A DNA stretch of 64,000 bases from Somniosus microcephalus (lineage: Eukaryota). Where the stretch lies: NCBI GenBank assembly GCA_052327205.1, contig CM126209.1:31434001-31498000 (forward strand). Direction: 5' to 3'. Positions 1-12,174 of the stretch are shown here, in pieces. The notes under the pieces were generated by a model. It did not search any database, was not told the origin of the DNA, and worked only from the letters and a program-made list of their open reading frames with translations. Each line of letters opens with the position of its first letter. Position 1 is the stretch's first letter. The translations under genes and the position numbers were made by a program.

Positions 1-37
1 TAGCTTTGATATATCTCTGGTACCAGTCTGAGACCTT

Positions 38-174
38 GGCCGGAATTTTACGTTGGAGGCGGGAAGAGAGCAGGGGGGCTGCAATGCGGTCGGGAAACCC
101 GGGAGAACTGGATCGGAAATTAACCCCCCCACCCGATCCCAACCCTCCCGTTTTTTGGGGTTAAAATTCCTCCC
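38..174. mobile_element. Short MITE-like element with Harbinger-type termini
   Basis: Imperfect terminal inverted repeats GGCCGGAATTTTA ... TAAAATTCCTCCC around a GC-rich core. Confidence 0.45.
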
Positions 175-1555
175 TTCAATTGGCCTCAAAGTGGAGCAAA
201 AGTGGATCAGCTTCAGCCTGAGGGCATTGGTGCTCAGCCCAACAGAAGTGGCTCAAATCCAAGAAACCTGAACCTGGCCCAGGCCAAGAAAAAGGTGTGC
301 CCTCCTCCAACTTAATGGTAATGTGAAAACATGGCTCCGTGCCAACTTACGGTGCTGCCACATCTTCAGGATTGAGTTAAGTAAATAAAGCGGAACTCCT
401 CCAAGCGTAAAACAAATAAAGTTCACTTCCCCACAATTCAACCGTAGCTGACCAATTTGAGGAGGGGGGGGATTGGGATTTTGACCTGAAACCACAGTCA
501 CTCCAGGAAATAATACCGTGCATTAAATATTTTTTTCCGGCCTGCCAAACATTCTATTTTCTTTGGAAAAGGTTGATTGGAATTTTACCAGGTTATTTGC
601 GACACTGCTAGAGTAATATTTGCTTTCCTAAGCTGCTGTAGTAGTGCATGCAGTCCCCTTAGCATAGGTGTTCAATGCGCTGACCTGGGATTCTGCTTAA
701 TGCTCTAACAGTGTGTAAAGTAATAAATATTGGAGGGAGGGGCCGTTGTCAAGCTGTATTTCAACTGAGGTCCCTCCATGGTTATATATATATATACTGG
801 AGGGGAATATGCCTCTCAGAACAAAGGTGGGAGAGAAGAAACTCATGAATTTGGCAAAATAAACAGGTTCCTGCAACAAGGAATACAAATTAATCAGAGC
901 AACCGGTAAAATGTAATTAAGAAAATGTGTGGGGAAAGTTTCAGAGAATATGGATAATATTTCATAAAAAGTTGCTGGCTTTGCTGGTCAGATTGGGACC
1001 CTTCAAGGTGGAGGAGAAAGGGCCCAGTCAGCCTGCAGGCACAATTAATCTGCGGTAAAATCTTGCTATTGACTTTGAAGCCACAGTTGGCAGCAGAATT
1101 CTAAAGCGGAGCCACTAAGTTATTTTATGCCACATAATTATTGCTTTAAAGTCATAATCGAACAATATAATAACAGGCTTACAATGAAACAGTGTACAAA
1201 ATAATACTGGCCTGTCACTCAGATCCCATACTCAACAGTGAACCGACTTGTTCCTTTAAGTAGAATGTTAATTGCCAATCGGATCATTCAGACTTTCAAA
1301 TATGTTGTAGTCTCTCTAAATTAAACAATAAAGGCAAAAATGAATTCCTTCATTAACATTGTTAAATAGCATTAGCTCTGCAATGCAAGTCATTAATCCT
1401 GTTCACTGAATTGACAAAGTATTGAATTTTAATTTCCACCCATATCCTCCGTTAGTAACAGAAGAATTGGCAAAATAAACATGTTCCTGCAACAGGGAAT
1501 ACAAGTTAATCCACATTGTCCTTCTATGGAGTTGATGCAGGAAAATAAATCACTG

Positions 1556-1978
1556 TTGGAGAAGCTGGATTTGTTTTCATTAGAGCAAAGGAGGTTGAGG
1601 GGTGATTTGATAGAGGTGTTCAAGATTATAACGAGTTTGGATAGGCTAGATGGGGAAAGGCTGTTCCCACTAGTTGATGGTACAAGGACTAGGGGACACA
1701 GATTTAAGGTTTTGGGCAAGAGATACAGGGGGGATGAGAGGAAAAACTTTTTTACACAGCGAGTGTTGATGACCTGGAATTCGCTGCCGACGGAAGTGGT
1801 GGAAGCGGAGACACTCAATGTTTTCAAGGGGAGACTGGATAGGCACTTGAGGGAAATAAACTTGCAGGGCTTTGGGGATACAGCGGGGGAATGGGACTGA
1901 CTGGATTGCTCTACAGAGAGCCGGCACGGACTCGATGGGCCGAATGGCCTCCTTCTGTGCCGTTGTGACTCTGTGACA
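1556..1978 (+). mobile_element. CR1 LINE 3' fragment
   Basis: ORF2 C-terminal peptide LFSLEQRRLRGDLIEVFKI...RTRGHRFK...WNSLP, followed by the CR1 3' UTR (gatgggccgaatggcctccttctgtg) and a short tandem tail. Confidence 0.93.
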
Positions 1979-2100
1979 TTTTTGGTGTACTGCTTGAATA
2001 GTGGTTGGGGTTTTGAATCTGTCTTAGGAACAATAAAAGGTTAAAGGCAGAACCCAAGACTCATAAGCCTCAAATCCAAACCTGTTGGACGGGGCGAGGG

Positions 2101-2232
2101 GTATTTCCTCACGTTCCCCCTGTATCTCTTGCCCAAAACCTTAAATCTGTGTCCCCTAGTCCTTGTACCGTCAACTAGTGGGAACAGCCTTTCCCCGTCT
2201 AGCTTATCCAAACCCGTCATAATCATGTACAC
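2101..2232 (-). mobile_element. CR1 internal fragment, inverted relative to the copy at 1556-1978
   Basis: Translates to GERLFPLVDGTRTRGHRFKVLGKRYRG, near-identical to about 1616-1748. Confidence 0.9.
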
Positions 2233-2616
2233 TCGGCAGCTTTCAGACCCACAGTTCCGATTTCTGCTTGCTTGACCTCGTTACAGCTGACGTGCAGGTC
2301 CCTCCAGGCAATTGCTTGGAGCATATCAGTTTCTTGCACCGGATGTCATGTTTTTGGAGCCATGTCCCCTTTGCAAAAAATGTAACTGGAATGGCTTGGT
2401 GCTGTATTATCTAGAAAGGGGAGTTGACAGCGGCTGGTGTGAACACAAATAATTGAATGAAATTGCTGGTCATATTATTCCAGAAAGACATTTATGATTT
2501 TTTTATCTATCAATGAAGTATGTGACTAAGAAATGAAAAATTTGACAGATGTGTTCCAATCATTGGCTTAGTAAAATTAATGCTTTTTTCTCTTAAATGT
2601 GCTGGTTGCTGCAGGA

Positions 2617-2856
2617 ATGGCAGCCCCAAAAACTAAGGTTGCAGCCAGGTTCAATGAGGGCTCTCTCCATGCTCTTGTGGAGGGAGTTAGGAGACGTCAG
2701 GAGGTCCTCTTCCCTGGAAACGGAAGGAGGAGGCCTCCTCGGCAAACCAAGGCAGCTAGGCTGCAAATTGCTGAGGAGGTGAGTTCGAGGTCTGTGTGCA
2801 GACACACATGGGTTCAGTGTGGAAAAAGGTTTAATGATCTGCTGAGATCATCTAAA
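2617..2856 (+). pseudogene. First exon of the Harbinger Myb/SANT-like DNA-binding protein
   Basis: MAAPKTKVAARFNEGSLHALVEGVRRRQEVLF...IAEEVSSRS...TWVQCGKRFNDLLRSSK fits the trihelix Myb_DNA-bind_5 pattern. It is followed by GT; the rest of the gene is missing. Confidence 0.85.
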
Positions 2857-3033
2857 GTGTGGCCTCTGTGTTCTGGGAAATAGAAGTTCAAGAGTGAGGG
2901 CTCAGGGCAAATGCCATGTAGAATGTTGGTGGTGACACGGAGCGCTTTAGTAGACAGATGATGCCTGAGGTTTTGAGGATGTCGGACTTATATTCATCTC
3001 CATGTGCCAGCCACCTGTGGTTGAAGCGTACGC

Positions 3034-4263
3034 TTATGCAAATCTGGCATGGATGAGTGCATCCCTTGCCTGATGGCCATCAATGTGTTCGCCTGCTGCT
3101 GGAATGGCCACATCCGGCTCCGCAAAGTGTCGCTCGCCGTCCTCCTCCTCGTTCTCCTCCTCGTCCTCTTCCTCTTCCTCTGAGGAGGCTGAGTGCTGAA
3201 CCACTTGTTCGTGCGGCAGCACTAAGCCGCGCTGCTGTGCGATGTTGTGCAGGGCACAGCAGACCACGACGATTCTGGACACCCTGGCTGGTGCGTACTG
3301 CAAGGCTCCTCCAGATCTGTCTAGGCATCGGAAGTGCGTTTTGAGCAAGCCGATGGTTTGCTCGATGATGCTTCTGGTGGATATGTGGCTCAAATTGTAC
3401 CGCTCCTCAGCATCATTTGATGGCCTCCTCATCAGTGTCATAAGCCACTTTTTCGGGGGATAGCCCTTGTCGCCAAGAAGCCATCCGGAAAGTTAGTCTG
3501 GCGGATGGAAGAGATGAGCCACAGTAGACTGGTGCAGGATGAAGGAGTCATGGCAACTGCCAGGGTACTTTGCGCAAACATGCATGATGATCTTCCTGTG
3601 GTTACACACTAGCTGGACATTCAGGGAGTGGAATCCCTTGCGGTTGACAAATACAGCTGGGTTGTGATAAGGATCCCTCATGGCTACATGTGTGCAGTCA
3701 ATGACCCCCTGCACCATTGGCAAGCCTGCCATATTGGCAAAGCCAACCGCACGCACCGTCACACTTGGGCCATCCATGGAGAAGTGCATATAATTGTGGG
3801 CCTTTGCAAAGAGGGCATCGGTGACCTGCGTGATACAGGTGTGTACGGCTGACTGGAAGATGCTGCTGATGTCTGCAGCTGATCCCTGGAAGGAGCCCGA
3901 AGCAAAGAAGTTGAGTGCAGTGATTTTGACAGCCACTGTTAAGTAGTGTCCACACGCTCCTCTGGGCTCCAGGTATTGCTGCAGCATTGCGCAGATGTCA
4001 GCGACTATGTCTCTCGAAAGTCTCAGCCTCCTTTGGCACTGCTGCTCAGTCATGCTGAGGAGGCTGATCCTCTGCCTGTAAACCCTGTGTTGGGGGTATC
4101 TCCTGAGGTGAGGTGCAGCCCTGCGCTGAGGCCCTCTGCCCTGTGCATCTTCAGGTAGGTGAGGAGAAGATTGGCGCTACTGTTGTTGCTGGTTGTGGTG
4201 CTGCTGCGGCTGCTCTTCCTCTGAATCTGATGACCAGGATGAGAGGATATAAATGGTTCCCAT
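3034..4263 (-). pseudogene. Harbinger (HARBI1-family) transposase: one 410-codon frame with two in-frame stops
   Basis: ATG at 4263; stops at 4177-4179 and 3493-3495. Motifs [52 protein letters not shown] and CCALHN. Confidence 0.92.
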
Positions 4264-5802
4264 CCTGTAGCTATAGATTTCACTTGAGGCAAGAAGCTTG
4301 CAAGCGCACACTAGAAGTGGCCTGAAGTTATTCCTATCAGGTCACACTGCAGATGGCTGTTAGCTTGAACAGTCAAGGTCAGTAGATTTGCAAAATCTTA
4401 TCCCAAACCTCCAACAACAAGGTTGTTGCATTTGAATGTCAGTCATGTTACAGGAGCGCTTTTAAAGTGCTGCGCCAATTACTACAAATCATGTCCTCCA
4501 GCAACTTGTCTCCTTGCAGCTGGCCTGTTTCTGACAAGCCGGAAAACAAGAGCTAGAGGCACGAAAATGGGAAACCTCGATCAAAATAGGATTGGCAAGG
4601 CAGTTAACAGGCTCTTAACTACCTTAACTGCCTGTCCCACCGGTTCCAGTCAGGTCAGTTTGGGAGCGGCTGAACAGATATTCACGAAAATTGGGTGGGG
4701 GCGGGATGGAGGTGGGTTGGGTGTCTGAAGCCATTTTTTCTGATTTTCGCAGCTGACCCGCCTCCAGACCCGCCTCCAAATCCGCCTCCTCGGGGCTATT
4801 AAAATTGAGCCTGAAGTCTGCAAATCTAAGGGGGTTTGTTATCTCTGTTGTCTATGACTACCCCCTGCAGTCACAACCATGTTTGCTGCCTTTTAGTAAA
4901 GCACATTCCATGTCCACTTATCAGTGAAAGACCGTCTGTTGCAACTTTATTTCACTTCAAAAAAAAACTTTTGGCCGGGCAAAACATTTTAATATATACC
5001 AAAATTAGAAATTAAGGGTCTGTGTATACTTAGTGTCCATGATGGTACCAGCGTGAAGGTTATTTGAACTGAGAACTGAATAGTCATCCAGAGGTGTTAA
5101 ACTTTGAGATTCACCATAGATAGTTTCAGCCTCTCAGTACACAGTATGGGTAACAATTGTTATTATCACCAACATAAAAATAATAAAATAAAATCCTGAC
5201 TGTTCCAGAGCATGGCTGGTGATTGCGAATAACAGAATTCTTGTGATAGTTTTTAATGTTCTCCATGTTGTACTTATGCTTTCCTTTTTTCCTAAACTGT
5301 TGAAATTGTACCGTATTCCTTCTTTAATCTATTTTCTTTTGCTTAGCTTAAGAAACAAGTACACGGACCCCTCCTGAAAAAGGTTTGCCCCTGAGTGTTG
5401 CTGGTGGTGGTGTTATTGTAGAACCTCTAGTGCCTGCTGCCTTTCCCGAGTAGGATTCTGCTCTTTTCGTGGCACATTTTATTTTGCTCGGATCACCGAT
5501 GTTAACCTGTGTGAGGAAAAAATAGGACATGGTGGGATTTAAGCAAACCTGTTCATAAGTAGGGTTTTTTCTTTTGGTCAGTTTCATTGCGAAATCCCTC
5601 CTAGTGCAGCGCTCATTCTTGAAATCTGGCTTCAGTGTGTGTGTAATGTCAGCTATCAGTTGACGTGATGGAAAACTTCTGACACAAATCAAATGGGAAT
5701 TGTGAGTTGGCTAGGTGGCAGATGAGAGCTGAGCAATGTCCCTTCAGAAGGGAAATGGGATTTCTTTCAGGAACCGGTGTGAACAAGGCGTGAAAGTAGC
5801 AT

Positions 5803-6868
5803 TATAGCAAAATACTGCAGATGTTGGAAATCCGAAATAACAACAGAAAATGCTGGAAAAACTCAGCAGGTCAGGCAACATCCGTGGAGAGAAATTTGAG
5901 TTGACGTTTCGGGTTGGACCCTTCTTCAAAACTGGAAAGAAAAGAAACTAGATCGGAGGCAGGGCTGCGATCGGACAAAAGAATAAAAGAAACAAAAGAA
6001 GTAAAAGAGATTAGAAGCTAGACGAGATGGTAATAGGCTGGGATTAGGTGTAAAGTGTACTGGCAGGGCAAAAGATAGCTGCCAGGTGTGAGAGAGAAAC
6101 AAAAGGAAAGGGGGGGGGGGGAAAGGAGTGGAACAATTACAAGAGAAAATGAAATGGGGGCCGAGCTTATGATCTGAAATTGTTGAACTCGATATCGAGT
6201 CCGGAAGGCTGCAGACTGCCTAATCGGAAGATGAGGTGCTGTTCCTCGAGTTTACGTTGAGCTTCCGTGGAACAATACAAGAGGCCAAGGACGGTGAGGT
6301 CCGAGTGGGAATGGAGCGGTGAATTAAAATGACAGGCGACCGGAAGCTCGGGGTCACCCTTACGGACTGAACGGAGGTGTTCCGCAAAGCGGTCACCCAA
6401 TCTGCGTTTGGTCTCCCCAATGTAGAGGAGACCGCATCGTGAGCAGCGAATACAGTATACTAGATTGCGAGAAGTACAAGTAAATCGCTGTTTCACCTGG
6501 AAGGGGTGTTTGGGGCCCTGGACAGTGGGAAGGGGGGAGGTATAGGGGCAGGTGTTACATCTCCTCCGCTTGCACGGGAAGGTGCCAGGCGAAGAGGAAG
6601 GGCTGTTTGGGGTGATAGAGGAGTGGACTAGGGTGTCTCGGAGGGAGCGGTCCCTGCGGAATGCTGAAAGGAGAGGGGAGGGGAAGATACGTTTGGTGGT
6701 GGGATCACTTTGGAGGTAGCGGAAATGCCGGAGGATGATCCGTTGAATGTGGAGGCTGGTGGGGTGAAAGGTGAGGACAAGGGGAACCCTATCGTGGTTC
6801 CGGGAGGGAGGGGCAGGGGTGAGGGCAGAAGTGCGGGAGATAGAACTGACACGGTCGAGGGCAGTGTT
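5803..6868 (-). mobile_element. 5'-truncated Penelope-like retroelement (RT C-terminus, GIY-YIG endonuclease, 3' pseudo-LTR)
   Basis: ORF 6167-6880 contains a Cys-rich linker (CKRRRCNTC) and NLVYCIRC...LYIGETKRRLGDRFAEH. A candidate 7-bp TSD GTAGCAT lies at 5796-5802 and 6869-6875. Confidence 0.9.
5899..5933 (-). ncRNA. Minimal type I hammerhead ribozyme motif (C3U variant) in the Penelope terminal repeat
   Basis: The minus strand reads AGUU-UUGAAGA-A-GGGU CCA ACCC-GAAAC-GUC-AACU: stem I AGUU/AACU, stem II GGGU/ACCC, palindromic ACGU stem III, GUC cleavage triplet. Confidence 0.65.
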
Positions 6869-8241
6869 GTAGCATAGCACAATTTCAACCCCTGAGTTTC
6901 TAAGACAATGGCATTGCTAAGTTGGTTTCCTGCTGAATAAGTGATAAAGCATTTATGGACAAGATGTTCCTCTTACAGTCAGACCCAGTGGACAGCAAAA
7001 CTATAAGTGCATTTTCAATACTTATTATTGGCCATCCCATAAACAGGAAATGCTTGTACTCCGAGCCAAATAATGATCACAGCAATGAGCCCTACCCAGA
7101 ATAATCTTAACTACAGCTGAGTTTCTCTCAAAAAGTGAGTTATCCAGATCAACCTAGTGAGAAAACCTATATTATACCAGCTGACCACACCCCCTTGTTA
7201 ATTCAAGAGGTATCTTTTTACAAAAGCAATTATCTATTTTACCTGCTCAGAAGCCCTCGGAGATTTCCAGAATGTTAGCATTCCTAATTCTTGTTGAAGC
7301 CAAAAAAAAAGTTCTTCATGAATTGCCAACCATATGGAGACAATGCGTTGATGAACCAATGCAAAATATCAGTCAATTTCACATAATCTGCAAATCGGCA
7401 GCACCGACTTTGCATGGTCCAGATGGTAAGGGATTAACTTGAGCGAGAGGTTCAGCTACCTGGGTTATTCGCAACAGTGCACGTTGGCTGGAAATAATTT
7501 CTACTTGTCTCTTTCATGGGAGGAAGGGAGAGCCTAGAAATAATTATTCACTTATGAAAATGCTTAAATGGTAACCCCTAAGACAACTCGGTCCGAACAG
7601 GTTTGCTTGTTCACACTTTCTGGCTTCATTTTGTGTGGGTCACCGGCACTGAGCTAACAGGCAGTCATTATTCACTCTGATTCTCTCACTGTGCAATAGA
7701 ACATTTGATCCACTGATGAAACATTTGCTCCAACTAATCCATTTGCCTTGCTCAGAGATATTTTCACTGTATGTTGAAGTGCTACAGGGTTGTATTCTTC
7801 CCAAATGATTCAGCAAACAAGAGAAACCAGTGAATGTGTACAGGGACTTAGAAAATTCAGTAAGAGTCAATATGCACCATACCATATCCCTATCAGCATA
7901 TCCCAATTTATTTAAAATTGCGGTTTATTGAAATATACATTTTAATGCTCCAAAAATGTGAACACTGGTAGATGTAGAATTCTGTAACATCAAGGTCTAG
8001 GCAGATACCCAAACACTATTTTCAGTCAACTTTACTGCTCCCAGGGCAATGCTCCCATGCAATTTCCTGTCCATCGGTTTTACTGCCAAGAGTGTTAAAG
8101 ACAAAAATTAATTTCAGAGTAGGGGAAAGAAAGTGCACTGATTCTATTCTGCTCTTCAGGCTCTGGATGTCTTTCACATATTTTGTATTCATGATGTGAT
8201 CCAGCATTTTTGTTAAATTTGTTTGTAACAAAGTCAGTACT

Positions 8242-8798
8242 CACCTCCTGACTCCCCAAAGCCTTTCCACCATCTACAAGGCACAAGTCAGGAGTGTGAT
8301 GGAATACTCTCCACTTGCCTGGATGAGTGCAGCTCTAACAACACTCAAGAAGCTCGACACCATCCAGGACAAAGTAGCCCGCTTGATTGGCACCTCATCC
8401 GCCACCTTAAACATTCACTCCCTCCACCACCGGCGTACCATAGCTGCAGTGTGTACCATCTACAAGATGCACTGCAGCAACTCGCCAAGGCTCCTTCGAC
8501 AGCACCTCCCAAACTCGCGACCTCTCCCACCTAGAAGGACAAGGGCAACAGGCGCATGGGAACACCACTACCTCCAAGTTCCTCTCCAAGTCACACACCA
8601 TCCTGACTTGAAATATATCGCCGTTCCTTCATCGTCGCTGGGTCAAAATCCTGGAACTCCTTCCCTAACAGCACTGTGGGAGTACCTTCAGCACACGGAC
8701 TGCAGCGCTTCAACAAGGCGGCTCACCACCACCTTCTCGAGGGCAATTAGGGATCGCCTTGCCAGCGATGCCCACATCCCATGAACGAATAAAAAAAA
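8242..8798 (+). mobile_element. Non-LTR retrotransposon 3' fragment (CR1/L2/Jockey-group RT C-terminus) with A tail
   Basis: Translates to LSTIYKAQVRSVMEYSPLAW...KLDTIQDKVARLI...LHHRR and ends in GAATAAAAAAAAA. A candidate TSD AGTACT lies at 8236-8241 and 8799-8804. Confidence 0.85.
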
Positions 8799-8814
8799 AG
8801 TACTGCCTCCTGCT

Positions 8815-8827
8815 ACAGTGTCAGCTG

Positions 8828-8861
<34 letters not shown>

Positions 8862-9260
8862 AAAGGTTCAAAGTTCAAGTCCCACTCCAGAGACTTGAGC
8901 ACAAAAATCTAGGATGCCACACCAGTGCAGTAGTGAGGGAGCACTGCACTGTCTGAGGTTCTGTCTTTTGGATGAGACAATAAACTGAGTGTCCGTCTGC
9001 TCTCTCAGGTGGCGCTATTTGTGTAAGAGCAGGGGAGCTATCCCTGGCCACTATTTATCCTCAATCAACACCGCTAAAAAAAATATATTATCTGGTCATT
9101 ATCACATTGCTGTTTGTGGGAGCTTGCTATGTGCAAATGGGCGACCACATTTCCTACATTACAGCAGTGACTATACTTCAAAAGTAAATTGGCGCTAAAG
9201 TGCTTTGGGATGTCCTGAGGTTGTGAAAGGTGCTATATAAATGAAAGTATTTTTTCCTTT
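8815..9260 (+). mobile_element. tRNA-head SINE with L2-like tail (SacSINE1/DeuSINE-like)
   Basis: A-box TGGCTCAGTGG, B-box-like GTTCAAGTCC, core ATTGCTGTTTGTGGGAGCTTGCT, tail AAAGGTGCTATATAAATG. Confidence 0.85.
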
Positions 9261-9335
9261 CAGCTTTCACTCATCTTGGTGGAGCATTAATTATGGCATT
9301 GACAGTATTAAAAGCTCATTGTTGATGAGTTTTGA

Positions 9336-10660
9336 ATAACAACAGCAACTTGTATTTATATAGCACCTTTAACGTAGTAAAACATCCCAAGGTGCTTCAC
9401 AAAAGTATTATAAGACAAAAAATTTGACACCGAGCCACATAAGGAGAAATTAGGGCAGGTGACCAAAAGCTTGGTCAAAGAGGTAGGTTTTAAGAAACAT
9501 CTTAAAGGAGGAAAAAGAGGCAGAGAGGTTTAGGCGGGGAATTCCAGAGCTTAGGGCCTAGGCAACAGAAGACACGGCCACCAATGGTCAAGCGATTATA
9601 ATCAGGGGTGCTAAAGAAGGCAGAATTAAGAGGAGCACAGATATCTCGGGGTTGTGGGGCTGAAGGAGATTACAGAGATAGGGAGGGGCGAGGCCATGGA
9701 GGGATTTGAAAACAAGGATGAGAATTTTGAAATCGTGGCGTTGCTTAACCGGAAGCCAATGTAGGTCAGTGAGCACAGGGGAGATGGGCGGACGGGACTT
9801 GGTGCGAGTTAGGACATGGGCAGCCGAGTTTTGGATGACCTCAAGCTTACATAGGGTAGAATATGGGAGGCCAGCCAGGAGTGCATTGGAATAGTCAAGT
9901 CTAGAGGTAACAAAGGCATAGATGAGGGTTTCAGCAGCGGATGAACTGAGGCAAGGGCGGAGACGGGTGATGTTACAGAGGTGGAAATAGGCGGTCTTTG
10001 TTATGGCACAGATATGTGGTCGGAAGCTAACTTCAGGGTCAAATATGACACCAAGGTTGCGAACAGTGTTAGGGAGAGGGATGTAGCCAGTGGCTAGGGA
10101 ACGGAGTTTGTGGCAGAGACTGAAAACAATGGCTTCAGTCTTCCCAATATTTAATTGGAGAAAATTTCTGCTCATCCAGAACTGGATGTTGGACAAGCAG
10201 TCTAACAATCTAGAGACCGTGGAGGGGTCGAGAGAAGTGATAGTGCGGTAGAACTGTGTGTCGTCAACATACATGTTTTCGGATGGTGTCGCCAAGGGGC
10301 AGCATGTAGATGAGAAATAGGAGGGGGCCAAGGATAGATCCTTGGGGGACACCAGAGGTAACGATGCAGGAGTGGGAAGAGAAGCTGTTGCAGGTGATTC
10401 TCTGGCTATGATTAGATAGATAAGAATGGAACCAGGCGAATGCAGTTCCACTCAGCTGGATGACGGTGGAGAGGCGTTGGAGGAGGATGGAGTGGTCAAC
10501 CATATCAAAGGCTGCAGACAGGTCGAGGAGGACGAGGAAGGATAGTTTAGCTTTGTCACAGTCACAAAGGATGTCATTTGTGACTTTGATGAGAGCCGTT
10601 TCGGTACTGTGGCAGGAGCGGAAACCTGATTGGAGGGATTCAAACCTGGAGTTGCAGGAA
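9336..10660 (-). mobile_element. L2 LINE fragment (frameshifted RT domain and 3' end)
   Basis: Peptides QSGFR..HSTETAL, LLDLSAAFD, GVPQGSILGPLLF, YVDDTQ, SRLDYSNALL and LHWLPV, plus an L2 3' tail. Confidence 0.93.
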
Positions 10661-11998
10661 ATAGCCTCTGTTCCTGGACAAGCTGCTCTGAAAACTCCGT
10701 TTTTGAGCTTCAATATGACTTTTCAGGACAGTTCACACTGCGGAATCACTACTGTATTGCAAACCTTGGCAGGGGAGTGTTAATTCACTGATGAACTTTA
10801 AAAAAACCAACATAATTTCTGTATATCTGATCAGTGATGCAAGTAACCTCATCATGTCAGGGATAATGTTATTTTGGTTTATCTATCACTAAAAAGCTTT
10901 GTCAATGACTTTCAGCGACAAAGATTGCTGTTTCAAAGAAATACTGCAGGGGCAATTTTTCTAGTCGGGGTAATTAAATGCCCAAGGATGTTGTTTATTT
11001 GCAAAGAAACGAGGCTGGCTATTTCTTACTGCAGTATATTAAACAGGCGAAATCTTTATTGACTATAGAATGATACAATCTTACGACTCAGGCTATTAAT
11101 TTACTTGTATCGGTATTGAATCTAACTGGAACATCTTATTGTACAAAGGGTAATCCTTTACAAGTGAAAGTTAATTGGTGTGCGCTAAACTCATAATATT
11201 CAGTGTGCGGAGCAATTAAAACATAAATAATTCAATAATATTTTATGCTAGCATTAGGGATTTTATATAGAAGAAATGAGTCAATGCATTAGAGTTCTGT
11301 TTAGATCAGATGTACACATACATTTGGAGTTGATAATATTACATTTTTATTGATCTATAGAGTTACATTAGATTAGATCACATTAGATTTGACATGCAAA
11401 CCTGTCATTATTCTCTACTATGTTTTACTCAATAGCACTGAAGACTGTGTGAGTATGTAACAATCTCGAGAGGAAATGACAAAGTGGTGCAGAGTAAATT
11501 ACAGTGACATCTAAATTGTCTGCCAGGGAAACAGTTTATTTAGTGGCCATTATAAAATTTAGCAAGAGCACTGTGTTTGGTGCCAACACAGCAACTGCCA
11601 CACTCAGCTGGATTTTGTTTTGTTTGGACCTATTATTGCAATTAAATGGGTAAATGTATACTTGAGAGTAGGTCGCTGGGTCTGAGTTCACAGAGTTTAA
11701 GTGAAAGATGAAGTCTTAATTGACACAGCGGGAATATGCACATGACAAGCTTTCTGAGTTTTCCCACAGTCTGTTTCAATTGAAAATACTAATGTAGGCA
11801 GAACTCCATAATTGTCTCCAGTTGAAATGTATGCAAAGTTTGGAGATCAATTGTAAAGGTAAATAGGTCAATCTATCCTTTCTATACATTTCTTAACCGA
11901 TTGTTGTTTAGAAAGTGGCTATTTCTTTTCAAATTTCTTGGGGTGCGATATGGTGGCGTGGCATATTGGCAATCCAACATCATATTGTGGTAGCAAGG

Positions 11999-12174
11999 TG
12001 TGGTAAACCACTGTTATTGTTTACACTGTTGTTATCACTACACAAGGTTACCTCTTGCCTCGCACGCGGTTATACCTAGGCATACCTCAGCTGACTCCGC
12101 CCATGGCTCCGCCTGCTTGCCCAGGTATAAAGGTGATTGCTTGGCTAGTATTCTTCCTTGCTGGAACCGATCAC
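11999..12174 (+). repeat. 5' LTR, truncated at its 3' end
   Basis: 176 bp matching 14816-14991 with one visible mismatch; contains TATAAA. Confidence 0.95.

Larger units (their letters stand above)
2233..4811. mobile_element. PIF/Harbinger DNA transposon (two convergent genes, internally deleted, left end uncertain)
   Basis: DDE transposase on the - strand, Myb/SANT-like exon on the + strand, GC-rich subterminal region ending in TAAAATTGAGCC at 4811. Confidence 0.85.

Noticed and set aside
2617-4263. Host genes HARBI1 or NAIF1/MSANTD
   Set aside because: In-frame stops, a truncated Myb gene, a transposon terminus and the intronic location all point to a transposon copy.
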